From the sequence record SRR20825010_848: a DNA stretch of 36,859 nucleotides; one strand, given 5' to 3'. The translations under genes and the position numbers were made by a program. Under the pieces are notes generated by a model. It worked only from the letters and a program-made list of their open reading frames with translations, had not been told where the DNA came from and did not search any database. The stretch's first letter is position 1. Each line of letters opens with the position of its first letter. Shown piece by piece: positions 19,060-28,674 of this stretch.

Positions 19060-19952
19060 AAAAAGTAGGTTTTTTTCTAATGAATAAGAAAGGGTTTAAT
19101 GTATTGTCAAAGTTGATTGAGAATAAAAGACCAATTGATGTAGTCGTTTCATCAAGAGATAAAGCATTGAAGTTTGATTATTACGCGGAAATAAAAGATT
19201 TATGCATACAAAATAACATAAGGTTCTTTGATAGGAGGGAGGACTTTACAACGAAAATAGAATCAGATTATATAATTACCATTGGTTGGAGATGGATTAT
19301 AAAAGGTAATTTGATGAATAAGTTAATTGTTTCACACGATTCAATTTTGCCAAAATATAGAGGTTTTGCACCGTTAGTTAATATGTTAATAAATAATGAG
19401 CAGGAGCTAGGAGTAAGTTTCTTATTTGCTTCTGAAAAATATGATTGTGGTAATATTATAGTCCAAAAAAAAAGAAAAATCAACTATCCAATAAAAATTG
19501 ACCAGGCCATTGAAATAGTCTCCAGTCTTTTTTATGAAGCTATAAATGATGTTTTTGAGGTAATAGAAAAGGGTAATAGCCTAGTAGGTTATCCTCAGAA
19601 TGAAAAAGAAGCCACATACAGCCTTTGGAGGAATGATGATGACTATTCTATTGACCTTCGGCAAGATGCTCAAGATATTGCCAGATTTGTTGATGCCGTT
19701 GGCGTGCCATATTTGGGAGCAAGTTTATTTATTGAGAATCAAAGGGTTCGTGTTTTAGAAGTTGAGGTTGTGGATGATGTTACCATCGAAAACAGAGAAG
19801 CAGGTAAGGTTATTTTTATTGATAATGGAAAACCAGTGATTGTTTGTGGGAGCGGGTTACTTAAAATTATCACAATGATTGACGCCAATACATTAGAATC
19901 AATATTACCATTAAAGAATTTTAGAATTAGATTTAAAGGAAGGAAATTATGA
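19056..19952 (+). CDS. Formyltransferase-fold protein (FMT core plus FMT_C), probable sugar N-formyltransferase
   Basis: HDSILPKYRGFAPL, EKYDCGNII, YPQNEKEATY, VGVPYLGA. ATGA overlaps with both neighbours. Confidence 0.82.
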   Translation: MKKVGFFLMNKKGFNVLSKLIENKRPIDVVVSSRDKALKFDYYAEIKDLCIQNNIRFFDRREDFTTKIESDYIITIGWRWIIKGNLMNKLIVSHDSILPKYRGFAPLVNMLINNEQELGVSFLFASEKYDCGNIIVQKKRKINYPIKIDQAIEIVSSLFYEAINDVFEVIEKGNSLVGYPQNEKEATYSLWRNDDDYSIDLRQDAQDIARFVDAVGVPYLGASLFIENQRVRVLEVEVVDDVTIENREAGKVIFIDNGKPVIVCGSGLLKIITMIDANTLESILPLKNFRIRFKGRKL

Positions 19953-21088
19953 AAATCCCATTTGTTAAGGCTCCCATTGTAGGTAATGAGGAAAAATACT
20001 TGTTAGAATCGTTTAGAAGTAATTATCACGGCGGGGGAGGTCAGTATACAAAACAATGCCATGAGTTTATAGAAAATGAATTTGGTGTTGGGAAAGCACT
20101 TATGACTACATCTTGTACAGATGCGTTAGAGATGACGGCTTTTTTAATAGATGCACAGGTCGGTGACGAATTTATTGTGCCTTCTTATACCTTTTCCAGT
20201 ACGGCCAATGCTTATGCTTCTAAGGGAATGATTCCTGTATTTTGCGATATAAGAGAGGATACACTGAACATCGATGAAACAAAAATTGAGGCTCTTATCA
20301 CTGAGAAAACTAAAGCCATTATTCCAATCCATTATGCCGGGATACCAGCTGAAATGGATATAATAAATTCAATAGCTAAAAAGCACGGTTTAGTGGTAAT
20401 AGAAGATGCAGCGCAAGCTGTAAACTCAAAGTACAAAAACAAATATGCAGGTGCTCTCTCTAGTTTGGGAACTTATTCTTTCCATGCGACGAAATCATAT
20501 TCTTCGGGAGAAGGCGGAGCCCTAACAATGAATGACAGCAAGTATTACGAAAGAAGTGAATTTCTATGGGAAAAAGGAACAGATAGGAGCTTGGTTGTTC
20601 AAGGACTTAAAAATAAATACTCATGGGTAGATTATGGTTCTTCTTTTTTACCTTCAGACCTGTTATCTGCAATACTTTGTGCACAATTTGAAAACCTAGC
20701 TTATCTTCAGAAAAAACGAAAAAAACTGCATGACGCTTATGTAAATACATTCAAAGCTTTAAAATCAGAAGGGTTAAAAATGCTTCATATTCCAGAGCAT
20801 ATTGAAACTAATTACCACGCATTTTGGTTATTGTTTCGGGAAGAAAGACAAAGAGATACTTTTTTAAAATTATCTTTAGAAAAAGAGGTTAGTCCGTATA
20901 TTGGTTATATACCATTACACACCTCCCCTATGGGTAAGAAACTAGGTGGAACCAAGTATAATCTTCCTGTAACCGATTATGTAGGTTCCTCTATAGTAAG
21001 GCTACCTTTCTATATTATGACCGATGAAGAAATTGAATATACATGTTTGAACTTACTCAAATCGGCACAAATTGCTTTATCATTGTAA
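19949..21088 (+). CDS. rffA: dTDP-4-amino-4,6-dideoxygalactose transaminase-like (WecE/RffA subfamily)
   Basis: TTSCTDALEM, PSYTFSSTAN, IEDAAQA, SFHATK (PLP lysine)..GEGG, and WecE-type EKGTDRS and YSWVDYGSSFLPSDL. Confidence 0.88.
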   Translation: MKIPFVKAPIVGNEEKYLLESFRSNYHGGGGQYTKQCHEFIENEFGVGKALMTTSCTDALEMTAFLIDAQVGDEFIVPSYTFSSTANAYASKGMIPVFCDIREDTLNIDETKIEALITEKTKAIIPIHYAGIPAEMDIINSIAKKHGLVVIEDAAQAVNSKYKNKYAGALSSLGTYSFHATKSYSSGEGGALTMNDSKYYERSEFLWEKGTDRSLVVQGLKNKYSWVDYGSSFLPSDLLSAILCAQFENLAYLQKKRKKLHDAYVNTFKALKSEGLKMLHIPEHIETNYHAFWLLFREERQRDTFLKLSLEKEVSPYIGYIPLHTSPMGKKLGGTKYNLPVTDYVGSSIVRLPFYIMTDEEIEYTCLNLLKSAQIALSL

Positions 21089-21102
21089 ACATATAGAATA
21101 AT

Positions 21103-22269
21103 ATGAATACAAATAGGGATCTAATACATATTTCAGATGATGAAAAATTTGTAGATAATACGTATTGGCAATTTGAAAAGGTTTATCCCGGCCAAAATAA
21201 ATTTTACATATTAGTAGATGACGATACAAAGAAACTAAAGTATGTAACCAAAAGAAGTAACTTTGTCATAATTAAGAAAAAAAATTATAAAACAATATCC
21301 AAAATACTCCATAAAAACAACATTGTTTTTATTCATAATTTAGAGGAATATAAGTCAAAAATTGTATTAGAGACCACAGAGGCCACGAAATTTGTTTGGA
21401 TGTTCTATGGAGTTGAGTATTTTAGTTTTTTTGATTCAGGAAATCTCTTTGGAAAAATTTCCAACCAATATAAACATCAATGGCTAAAAACGCTTCTTAA
21501 GCGAAAATTTGAACCTTTATTTTTAGCATTTTATTTTGTAAAAAACAGAAAAAAACATCCCAGACTCTTAATAAGAGAGGCAGTTAAGAAAATATCCAAT
21601 TTTGGTATAGTTCATAAAGAGGATTTTTTATTGGTAAGAGATAAATTAAACGCCGATTTTGAACATTTTGTTTTTTCATACTACCCCTTAGAATTTATTT
21701 TAGAAGATATTGATGAAGGAAATTTAAACTCAAACAATATACTTCTAGGTAATTCTAGTTTTCTTTCCAATAATCATTTTGAAGCTTTAGAAATCCTATC
21801 CGAAATGGGTGTAGATAATAGAAAAATTGTCGCACCATTGAGTTACGGTGATTTAGATTATGCAAAGGAAGTTGCCAAAGTGGGTAAATCCAAATTTAAT
21901 GAGCGTTTTATACCAATAATGGAATTCATGCCCCTCCAAGAGTATAATAAACTACTTAAAAGCTGTAATGTCGCCATTTTCAATAATTATAGACAACAAG
22001 CTATAGGAAATACAATTACTTTATTGTGGATGGGAAGTAAAGTTTATCTAGATGAAAGAAATACTTTCTATCAATTTTTAAAAAGAAAAGGCATACACGT
22101 CTTTTCGGTAAATAATGATTTAAATAGTAGTAATATAAACGCTCTTAAACCATTGACCTCTAATGAAATAAAATTAAATAGAGAAATACTTCTAAAAGAA
22201 TTAAGTTCTGATGTGTTACTAAGGAAACTTCACTTTCAAATAGAATCTATAGCCAATAACTCCATTTAA
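21103..22269 (+). CDS. WecF/RffT-like (GT56) 4-aminodeoxysugar glycosyltransferase
   Basis: ILLGNS...NNHFEAL, PLSYG...Y, F.P..EY..LL..C, FNNYRQQAIGN..TLL.MG.KV resemble WecF motifs. Adjacent to the wecE homologue. Confidence 0.83.
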   Translation: MNTNRDLIHISDDEKFVDNTYWQFEKVYPGQNKFYILVDDDTKKLKYVTKRSNFVIIKKKNYKTISKILHKNNIVFIHNLEEYKSKIVLETTEATKFVWMFYGVEYFSFFDSGNLFGKISNQYKHQWLKTLLKRKFEPLFLAFYFVKNRKKHPRLLIREAVKKISNFGIVHKEDFLLVRDKLNADFEHFVFSYYPLEFILEDIDEGNLNSNNILLGNSSFLSNNHFEALEILSEMGVDNRKIVAPLSYGDLDYAKEVAKVGKSKFNERFIPIMEFMPLQEYNKLLKSCNVAIFNNYRQQAIGNTITLLWMGSKVYLDERNTFYQFLKRKGIHVFSVNNDLNSSNINALKPLTSNEIKLNREILLKELSSDVLLRKLHFQIESIANNSI

Positions 22270-22282
22270 TGTTTTTTTCAAC

Positions 22283-23578
22283 ATGAACAATATCAATAGA
22301 AAAGGATATAAATGGTCCTCTATAAATACTTTGGCTTTAACAGTTGTGGCAATTTTAAAGATTTCTATTCTTACTAGATTTCTTGAGAAGGAAGATTTTG
22401 GGCTTATTGCGCTTGTAACCTTTTTCCTCGGATTTATGAACTTGTTTAATGATATGGGTTTAACCTCAGCAATTCTCCACAAATTACGTATTACACGAAA
22501 GGAATATGCTAGTTTATATTGGCTTAATATGGTATTCAGTTTATTTCTTTATTTTTTATTATTTTTTGTGTCCTCCTACATTGCTGATTTCTATGAAGAA
22601 TCAATTCTTGAGGCGCTTATCCCAATAATGGGAATAAGTATTATATTCTCGGGAATAGGTCGTCAATTTAGAACTATTTTTCAAAAGGAATTGGAATTTA
22701 AAACGATTGCTATTGTCGAGGTTCTGGCGGCCATTATTTCACTTTTTACTGCCATCTATTTAGCAATCAAAGGTTATGGGGTTTATTCATTGGTCTATTC
22801 AGCATTATTACAACACTTAATATCAAATACTAGTTTTTTTGTTTTTGGACTTAGAAAAAGGGGTTTGTTGCTTCATTTTAATTTTAATGAAACCAGGCCT
22901 TTCTTAAAAATTGGAAGTTATCAAGTTGGCAGCCAAATAATTAGTTATTTTAATAAGGATCTTGATATAATTATAATAGGAAAGGTTTTTTCTCCTGAAA
23001 TTCTAGGTGGTTATAGTCTTGCAAAACAATTGGTTTCCAGACCTGCCCAGGTATTAAATCAGATAATATCAAACGTGGCTTCGCCTATTTTAGCTAAAAA
23101 GCAATTCGATTTAGTAGCCTTAAAGGAGAACTTTTTAAAGCTTTTTAATGGGTTTTTCTATTTTACGGGCATTATATATTTTGGATTATTAGTTTTTGCT
23201 CCTAATGTAGTCTATATTTTTTACGGCGATGGATATGAAAATATAGTTGTTTTGGTTAGAGTTTTAAGTATTTATATGTTCATCAGATCAGTAGGCTCGC
23301 CTATTGGAAGTCTTATCATTGCTAAAGGAAAAACTAACCTAGAATTTAAATGGAACTTAGTTACATTATTAGTACTTCCGGTCTTTGTAATTATTGGATC
23401 CCTGTATAGCATATTTTGGGTCTCCATGTTAATGACTTTTGGAATTTTTATTCTATTTGTACCTAGTTGGTGGTTTTTGATAAGGCGTATGTTAGACATT
23501 TCTATTAAGGATTTTTTAAGCATGTTCAGTTTAAAAATATTCTACCGACAATTACTGAATCTTATTAAAGCATATTAA
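22283..23578 (+). CDS. wzx: Wzx flippase (WzxC-like, MOP superfamily)
   Basis: Many TM helices; LTRFL..EDFGL, DMGLTSA, DIIIIGK....LGGYSLA. Confidence 0.9.
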   Translation: MNNINRKGYKWSSINTLALTVVAILKISILTRFLEKEDFGLIALVTFFLGFMNLFNDMGLTSAILHKLRITRKEYASLYWLNMVFSLFLYFLLFFVSSYIADFYEESILEALIPIMGISIIFSGIGRQFRTIFQKELEFKTIAIVEVLAAIISLFTAIYLAIKGYGVYSLVYSALLQHLISNTSFFVFGLRKRGLLLHFNFNETRPFLKIGSYQVGSQIISYFNKDLDIIIIGKVFSPEILGGYSLAKQLVSRPAQVLNQIISNVASPILAKKQFDLVALKENFLKLFNGFFYFTGIIYFGLLVFAPNVVYIFYGDGYENIVVLVRVLSIYMFIRSVGSPIGSLIIAKGKTNLEFKWNLVTLLVLPVFVIIGSLYSIFWVSMLMTFGIFILFVPSWWFLIRRMLDISIKDFLSMFSLKIFYRQLLNLIKAY

Positions 23579-23795
23579 ACAGGACGTTATATCCGCTTCT
23601 GAGTTAATTAATGAAATTTAACCTAGAGACATTTGATTGATGATGCAAAAAATCTAAAAATAAATCCCTGTTTAATAAAACAAAAAACTTAAATAGGAAT
23701 GGTGAACTTAAAATGACAAAAATATTGAGCAAGATTAATAGCAATATGTACTAACGCATATTTTACCCTATTAGAGTTTTTTAAAATTGAATGAA

Positions 23796-26252
23796 ATGAA
23801 AAATAAATTAGAATATTTAGACCATATTGACTTTTTAAGAGCCGTTGCGGTTGCTCTCGTTATTCTATTTCATTTAGATATTACATTGTTCAAGGGAGGG
23901 TTTCTTGGCGTAGATGTCTTTTTCGTAATCAGTGGGTTTCTAATTACAAGAAACTTGAATTATGAGTTCAAAAATACTGGAAAAGTAGACTTTAGAAAAT
24001 TTTATATTCGCCGTATTCGCAGATTAATTCCCACATTACTGCTAACGTTGTTTCTAACTTTCATTTTAAGTTTTTTGTTTTTTCCGCCATCTCTGTTCAC
24101 CGGATTTATAAAATCTATGTTTTTTTCGTCCATTGCGCTTTCAAATTTTCACTTTTTAAGCGAAACTAGTTATTTTGATGTCAGTTCTAATTTAAAACCG
24201 CTCCTCCATACTTGGTCACTGGGCATTGAAGAACAGTTTTATCTATTATTTCCTATCTCTCTTTTTCTAATAATGAAATTATTTTCGAAGAAATGGAGTA
24301 AATTTTCATTAATAACTACTCTAACTCTCCTAAGTATACTGTTGAATATTATAGTTTCCCAGGGCCATATTTCGGAAGCATTTATTAGTTATTTTATTTC
24401 AGAAGACAATGTGGCAGAAAGTATTTCATCAATACAGTTTTTTCTATTACCATTTAGGGTATTTGAGTTTTTGTTAGGTGCTATTTTAATTTATCTTCCC
24501 AAAAACAAAACCATTAATAAATCGTATGCCTCTTTGCTAAATTTAATTGGGTTAGGGCTAATTATTTTCTCATCAATTTATTTCGACGCCGAAACTAAAT
24601 ATATGAGCACCTTAAACATTATACCTTGCATAGGAGCATCATTATTCATTTTTAATACACCTAAGCAATCTATTTTTTCATTTTATAACTTATCATCTTT
24701 TAAAACAGTAGGCCGGATTAGCTATACGCTATATTTATTTCATTGGCCTATAATTGTATTTTATAAGTTTTTATATGGAAACGAAACCAATTATATAGAG
24801 AAAATCATTCTTGTTTTCCTTACTTATCTCATTTCGTTGGCCGTATACAAATATTATGAAGACCCTCTAAGAAACAATAATTTACAATCTCGTATTATAT
24901 CTAATCACGGTATGATTAGTTTAGTCCTTTTTACTTTAATCATTATATCAAACATAAAAATAGATGTACTTAATAATGAAGGTTGGTTATGGAGAGTTGA
25001 TTTAAAAACACTTGAAAGTATTAATGAATTTGAAAATCCTGTTGAATACAATAGAAAGAATTGGGGTGCTGCTGGATATAATGATTTTGCTTTTATTGGA
25101 AATAAAGGACAGAACACTTCCCCAGATATTATTTGGATAGGCGATAGTCATGCAGGTCATTACAGTTACGGTCTAGATTCTATTTTGGTAAAAAAGAATA
25201 ACAAATCGGTATTTATGAGTTATGCATTATCTACGCTTCATTTACCGGATATTATCCACAAAACCATAGATAGTACTGCGAGCAAAAATCATTTAAATAA
25301 GTTATTGCAATTGATTAACAGTAATCCCAAAACTCCATTAGTGATAAGTCATTTTTGGATTGGAGAAATGTCAATGACTAAAATTAAAAATCCCGATACC
25401 GGACTTTATGAAAATTTTAAAAGTGACAGTTTAGGTTATAACCAACTATGCCAAAAAATAGTAAAATTATCCAAATTGGTAGGCAATAGAAATATTATTG
25501 TAATTGGAGAGAGCCCATTTAAAGGGAAGAATGATTTAAGTTTTGTTGACAATTTGCTAATACCCAAATATTCTGGGAATGTCAAGTCCTCATCAGTTTT
25601 TGAACCTTCTGATCGCCTATTTCAAATTAATAACTATTTTAACTATTATTTTGAAAAATATAAAAACATCCATTTTATAAACCCTTCAGATATTTTTTGT
25701 GACGACAAAAAATGTTTGGAACAAGAAATGGGAATGATCTACTTTTCTGACAAAGATCACCTATCCAAGACTGGTTCTTTGAAAGTAATTGAGACTTTTG
25801 AGCAAGAACTACTAAATTTTATGGTTTTAACAGATAAGAGCATTGTCCAGTCCACTGAAATTCATGACTTTGTCGGTCCCACAGAAAAGGTTAATCATAA
25901 ATCAACCAAACTAATATTCACCAACTGGCATAATCCAGAACATGAGCACAGATGGAGTTCAGGAAATAGTTCAGAAATAGAATTTAACATAAATAACCCA
26001 AAACAATTTAAAGGTCTAATAAAACTAAATGTTGGTATATGGGACCAACAAATAATCAAAATGTTTATTAATGGTCACCTCATCGAAACCAGTAAATTAA
26101 GTGGCTGGCAAAAAACTTTATCATATTCATTTGACCCAAAAATCCTTAAAGAGAAGAATACTATAAGATTTGAATTTTCTGATGCCAAATCCCCAAATGA
26201 AAAGGATAAAAGAATATTGGCTCTGGCATTTAGAACAATTCAAATAGAGTAG
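23796..26252 (+). CDS. OafA-like O-acyltransferase: acyltransferase-3 plus SGNH plus an extra C-terminal beta-rich domain
   Basis: AT3 motifs DFLRAVAV..VILFH, GVDVFFVISGFLI, RRIRRL.P, HTWSLGIEEQFY, GRISYTLYLFHWP. SGNH motifs IGDSHA and D.DHLS. The ATG at 23796 is preferred over the TTG at 23787. Confidence 0.92.
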   Translation: MKNKLEYLDHIDFLRAVAVALVILFHLDITLFKGGFLGVDVFFVISGFLITRNLNYEFKNTGKVDFRKFYIRRIRRLIPTLLLTLFLTFILSFLFFPPSLFTGFIKSMFFSSIALSNFHFLSETSYFDVSSNLKPLLHTWSLGIEEQFYLLFPISLFLIMKLFSKKWSKFSLITTLTLLSILLNIIVSQGHISEAFISYFISEDNVAESISSIQFFLLPFRVFEFLLGAILIYLPKNKTINKSYASLLNLIGLGLIIFSSIYFDAETKYMSTLNIIPCIGASLFIFNTPKQSIFSFYNLSSFKTVGRISYTLYLFHWPIIVFYKFLYGNETNYIEKIILVFLTYLISLAVYKYYEDPLRNNNLQSRIISNHGMISLVLFTLIIISNIKIDVLNNEGWLWRVDLKTLESINEFENPVEYNRKNWGAAGYNDFAFIGNKGQNTSPDIIWIGDSHAGHYSYGLDSILVKKNNKSVFMSYALSTLHLPDIIHKTIDSTASKNHLNKLLQLINSNPKTPLVISHFWIGEMSMTKIKNPDTGLYENFKSDSLGYNQLCQKIVKLSKLVGNRNIIVIGESPFKGKNDLSFVDNLLIPKYSGNVKSSSVFEPSDRLFQINNYFNYYFEKYKNIHFINPSDIFCDDKKCLEQEMGMIYFSDKDHLSKTGSLKVIETFEQELLNFMVLTDKSIVQSTEIHDFVGPTEKVNHKSTKLIFTNWHNPEHEHRWSSGNSSEIEFNINNPKQFKGLIKLNVGIWDQQIIKMFINGHLIETSKLSGWQKTLSYSFDPKILKEKNTIRFEFSDAKSPNEKDKRILALAFRTIQIE

Positions 26253-26277
26253 TCGATATTAATACTGAAATTAGAAT

Positions 26278-27360
26278 ATGAAAAAGATTTTTTTTATAAT
26301 GCCAAATTTGGGCGGCGGCGGCGGCGAGAGAATTATATCTATTTTATTAAATAATATAGATAGAAGAAAATTTGAACCCCATTTGGTTATTATAAAAAAA
26401 AATGGGTCCAACGTTTTTGTCAGCGATTTATATGAAGATGTAATTGTTCATAGACTGGAAATAAAGCAGCGTATTAAAATATCCTTTCCTATTTTAATCT
26501 ATAAATTGCTCAAACTCTCCAAGAGTGAAAAACCAAATGTCCTGTTCTTTGGATCAGGTCAGATCAACGCGTTAATATCACCTTTTTTGTTTTTGTTTCC
26601 CAAGCATATAACAACAATAGCCAGGGAATCCAATATCCCAAGTATCTTTGAAAAATATTATATCATTAAATTATTTTACAGACACTTTTATAAGAACTAT
26701 AATAAAATTATTGTACAATCAAACGACATGTTCGAGGACTTGCATAGCAATTTTAAAATATCAAAATCCAAATTAGTTAAAATTAATAATCCCGTTGATG
26801 TTTCCTATATAAATAAAAAATTGGGTTTAGGAGAAGATATACAGCTCCCAACAGCCAAGATTAATCTTTTGGCTGTTGGAAGGTTAACCTACCAAAAAGG
26901 TTTTGATAAGCTAATCCTTCAACTGGCAAAGGTCAAGGAGAAGAACTTTTTTTTAACTATATTGGGAGAGGGCGAAGAAAGGGAAACTTTGGAACAGCTA
27001 GTTTTAGAAAATGATTTGCAAGATCATGTTTGCTTAAAAGGAAATGTAGAAAACCCATATAAATACATGCAACAAGCTAATGCCCTCATTTTGAGTTCTC
27101 GCTTTGAAGGGTTTCCAAACGTTATCTTAGAAGCCTTGGTATGCGGTACGCCGGTATTAGCAAATTATTGTCTAGGGGGAATAGATGAAATAATTAACCC
27201 TGGATTCAATGGAGATATTTTCTCTTTTCAAAAGGGAGACTTTCAATCTAAATTCGCTGGTTTTTTCAATACGAAATTTAATAATCTTGACATTAAAAAT
27301 GATGCCATAAAAAGGTTTAGGGTCGAAAACAAAATTAAAGAATTTGAAACCCTCCTCTAA
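26278..27360 (+). CDS. Glycosyltransferase family 4
   Basis: GGGERI, VGRL..QKGFD, SSRFEGFPNVILEAL (EX7E). Confidence 0.9.
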   Translation: MKKIFFIMPNLGGGGGERIISILLNNIDRRKFEPHLVIIKKNGSNVFVSDLYEDVIVHRLEIKQRIKISFPILIYKLLKLSKSEKPNVLFFGSGQINALISPFLFLFPKHITTIARESNIPSIFEKYYIIKLFYRHFYKNYNKIIVQSNDMFEDLHSNFKISKSKLVKINNPVDVSYINKKLGLGEDIQLPTAKINLLAVGRLTYQKGFDKLILQLAKVKEKNFFLTILGEGEERETLEQLVLENDLQDHVCLKGNVENPYKYMQQANALILSSRFEGFPNVILEALVCGTPVLANYCLGGIDEIINPGFNGDIFSFQKGDFQSKFAGFFNTKFNNLDIKNDAIKRFRVENKIKEFETLL

Positions 27361-27369
27361 ATAAAGAAT

Positions 27370-28674
27370 ATGTTGAAATTAAAAATCCTCTCCTTTTTTA
27401 ACAATTTTTTATTTTTTCTGCCCTTTACCCAGGCATTGACCATTAATTTGTTTTTTCCACTTAAAATTTCAGAGTTATTATTGTTTGTGTTGCTATTTTT
27501 ATTCCTTCAATACAAGTGGGATTATAATTATGTCAGTACCCTTAAAAGTATCCAAGCCCTGTTCTTTTTCTTAGTAATCGCAACCCTTTCCTTTTCTGTC
27601 AATGCTTTTTGGACATACGACTATTCACCAAAACCCATTCCTTTCAGAATAGGTAGAATACCAGATAGTTTTTTAAGATTAGTTTATATTTACTTAAATG
27701 TTATCGCATTTTTAATTTCAATTTATTTTATTGGGAGGAATAAAATTCAAAGTCTAAATTTTTGGGTAAAGGGAGCACTTTGGGCGGCAATCTATGCCTG
27801 GTACCTTTTTATTTCATCGGCATTAAATATTCCTTATTTAAAACTTTTTGGAATGGATGAAAATCCTCAAACACTTATGGGTATTGTTCGTACGGGTACG
27901 TTTAAAGAAGGTAATTTTTTCGGATTATTCCTCTTACTATCGGGCACCATTGCATTATTACTTAAAAAAAATCGAACAGCAATCTTTCTATTGCTTTCCA
28001 TATTAACAACCTTTTCTACAATATCAATTGTAAGCGCCTTATTATTTCTGTTCTTTTATTTCAAAAGTGTAATTTTTAGAAAAAAGGTTTTAAAAATTAT
28101 ACTTCTGATTTTTCCATTTATTCTAATAGCCACCTTTGCTTTTTCTAAAACTGAATTTTACCAGAAATATGTATATGCCAAAATATTTACCCCTGTAAGT
28201 ACTTTAACACAATCCAATATGTCTAAGGTCGACAGATATCTAACAGGGCATATTGCATACAAAGCTGGACTAAACAATCCAGTTTTAGGAGTAGGACCAT
28301 ATAACTACGGCCTACATTACGACCAATATAACAACATCAATAAGATTGTGAAGAATCATAGCGACTGGTCACGGGAATACTTCAAAAGAAACAATTTGAG
28401 AGCAATCCCTAACAACGTATACATGGAGGTTTGGGCAGAATATGGTATGATAGGTTTTTTGTTTTTTATAATGTTCCTAGCAATAACCCTATGGAACTCT
28501 ATAAAACTTAAAAATACTATTCTAACAGGAGGGTTATTGGCTATGTATCTTTCCCTAAACGCATTTCCATCCTTCATCATGCTATTCTTATGGGTATATT
28601 TAGCTATTCCATATGCCTTGTTGTATAATAAAAAATTACATGAAGCCAACTTAACAATTGTAGATGAAAATTAA
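27370..28674 (+). CDS. Wzy polymerase / O-antigen ligase family membrane protein (first copy)
   Basis: Multi-TM protein; RTGTFKEGN, DR.....NPVLGVGPYNY, PNNVYMEVWAEYGMIG (Wzy_C-like). Confidence 0.78.
   Translation: MLKLKILSFFNNFLFFLPFTQALTINLFFPLKISELLLFVLLFLFLQYKWDYNYVSTLKSIQALFFFLVIATLSFSVNAFWTYDYSPKPIPFRIGRIPDSFLRLVYIYLNVIAFLISIYFIGRNKIQSLNFWVKGALWAAIYAWYLFISSALNIPYLKLFGMDENPQTLMGIVRTGTFKEGNFFGLFLLLSGTIALLLKKNRTAIFLLLSILTTFSTISIVSALLFLFFYFKSVIFRKKVLKIILLIFPFILIATFAFSKTEFYQKYVYAKIFTPVSTLTQSNMSKVDRYLTGHIAYKAGLNNPVLGVGPYNYGLHYDQYNNINKIVKNHSDWSREYFKRNNLRAIPNNVYMEVWAEYGMIGFLFFIMFLAITLWNSIKLKNTILTGGLLAMYLSLNAFPSFIMLFLWVYLAIPYALLYNKKLHEANLTIVDEN

Noticed and set aside
14250-19473. A8/T8/A9 homopolymers in rfbD and the formyltransferase as phase-variation sites
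   Set aside because: Such runs are expected in AT-rich DNA and the reading frames are intact.
19056-19952. Methionyl-tRNA formyltransferase (fmt)
   Set aside because: It lacks the FMGTPxF N-terminal motif and is embedded among sugar genes.
16671-21088. Antibiotic or secondary-metabolite gene cluster
   Set aside because: There is no PKS, NRPS or GT1 in the window. The context is wzz/wzx/wzy/wcaJ, which indicates a surface polysaccharide.
19949-22269. Enterobacterial common antigen locus
   Set aside because: Only wecE- and wecF-like genes are present; wecA/B/C/D/G were not seen.
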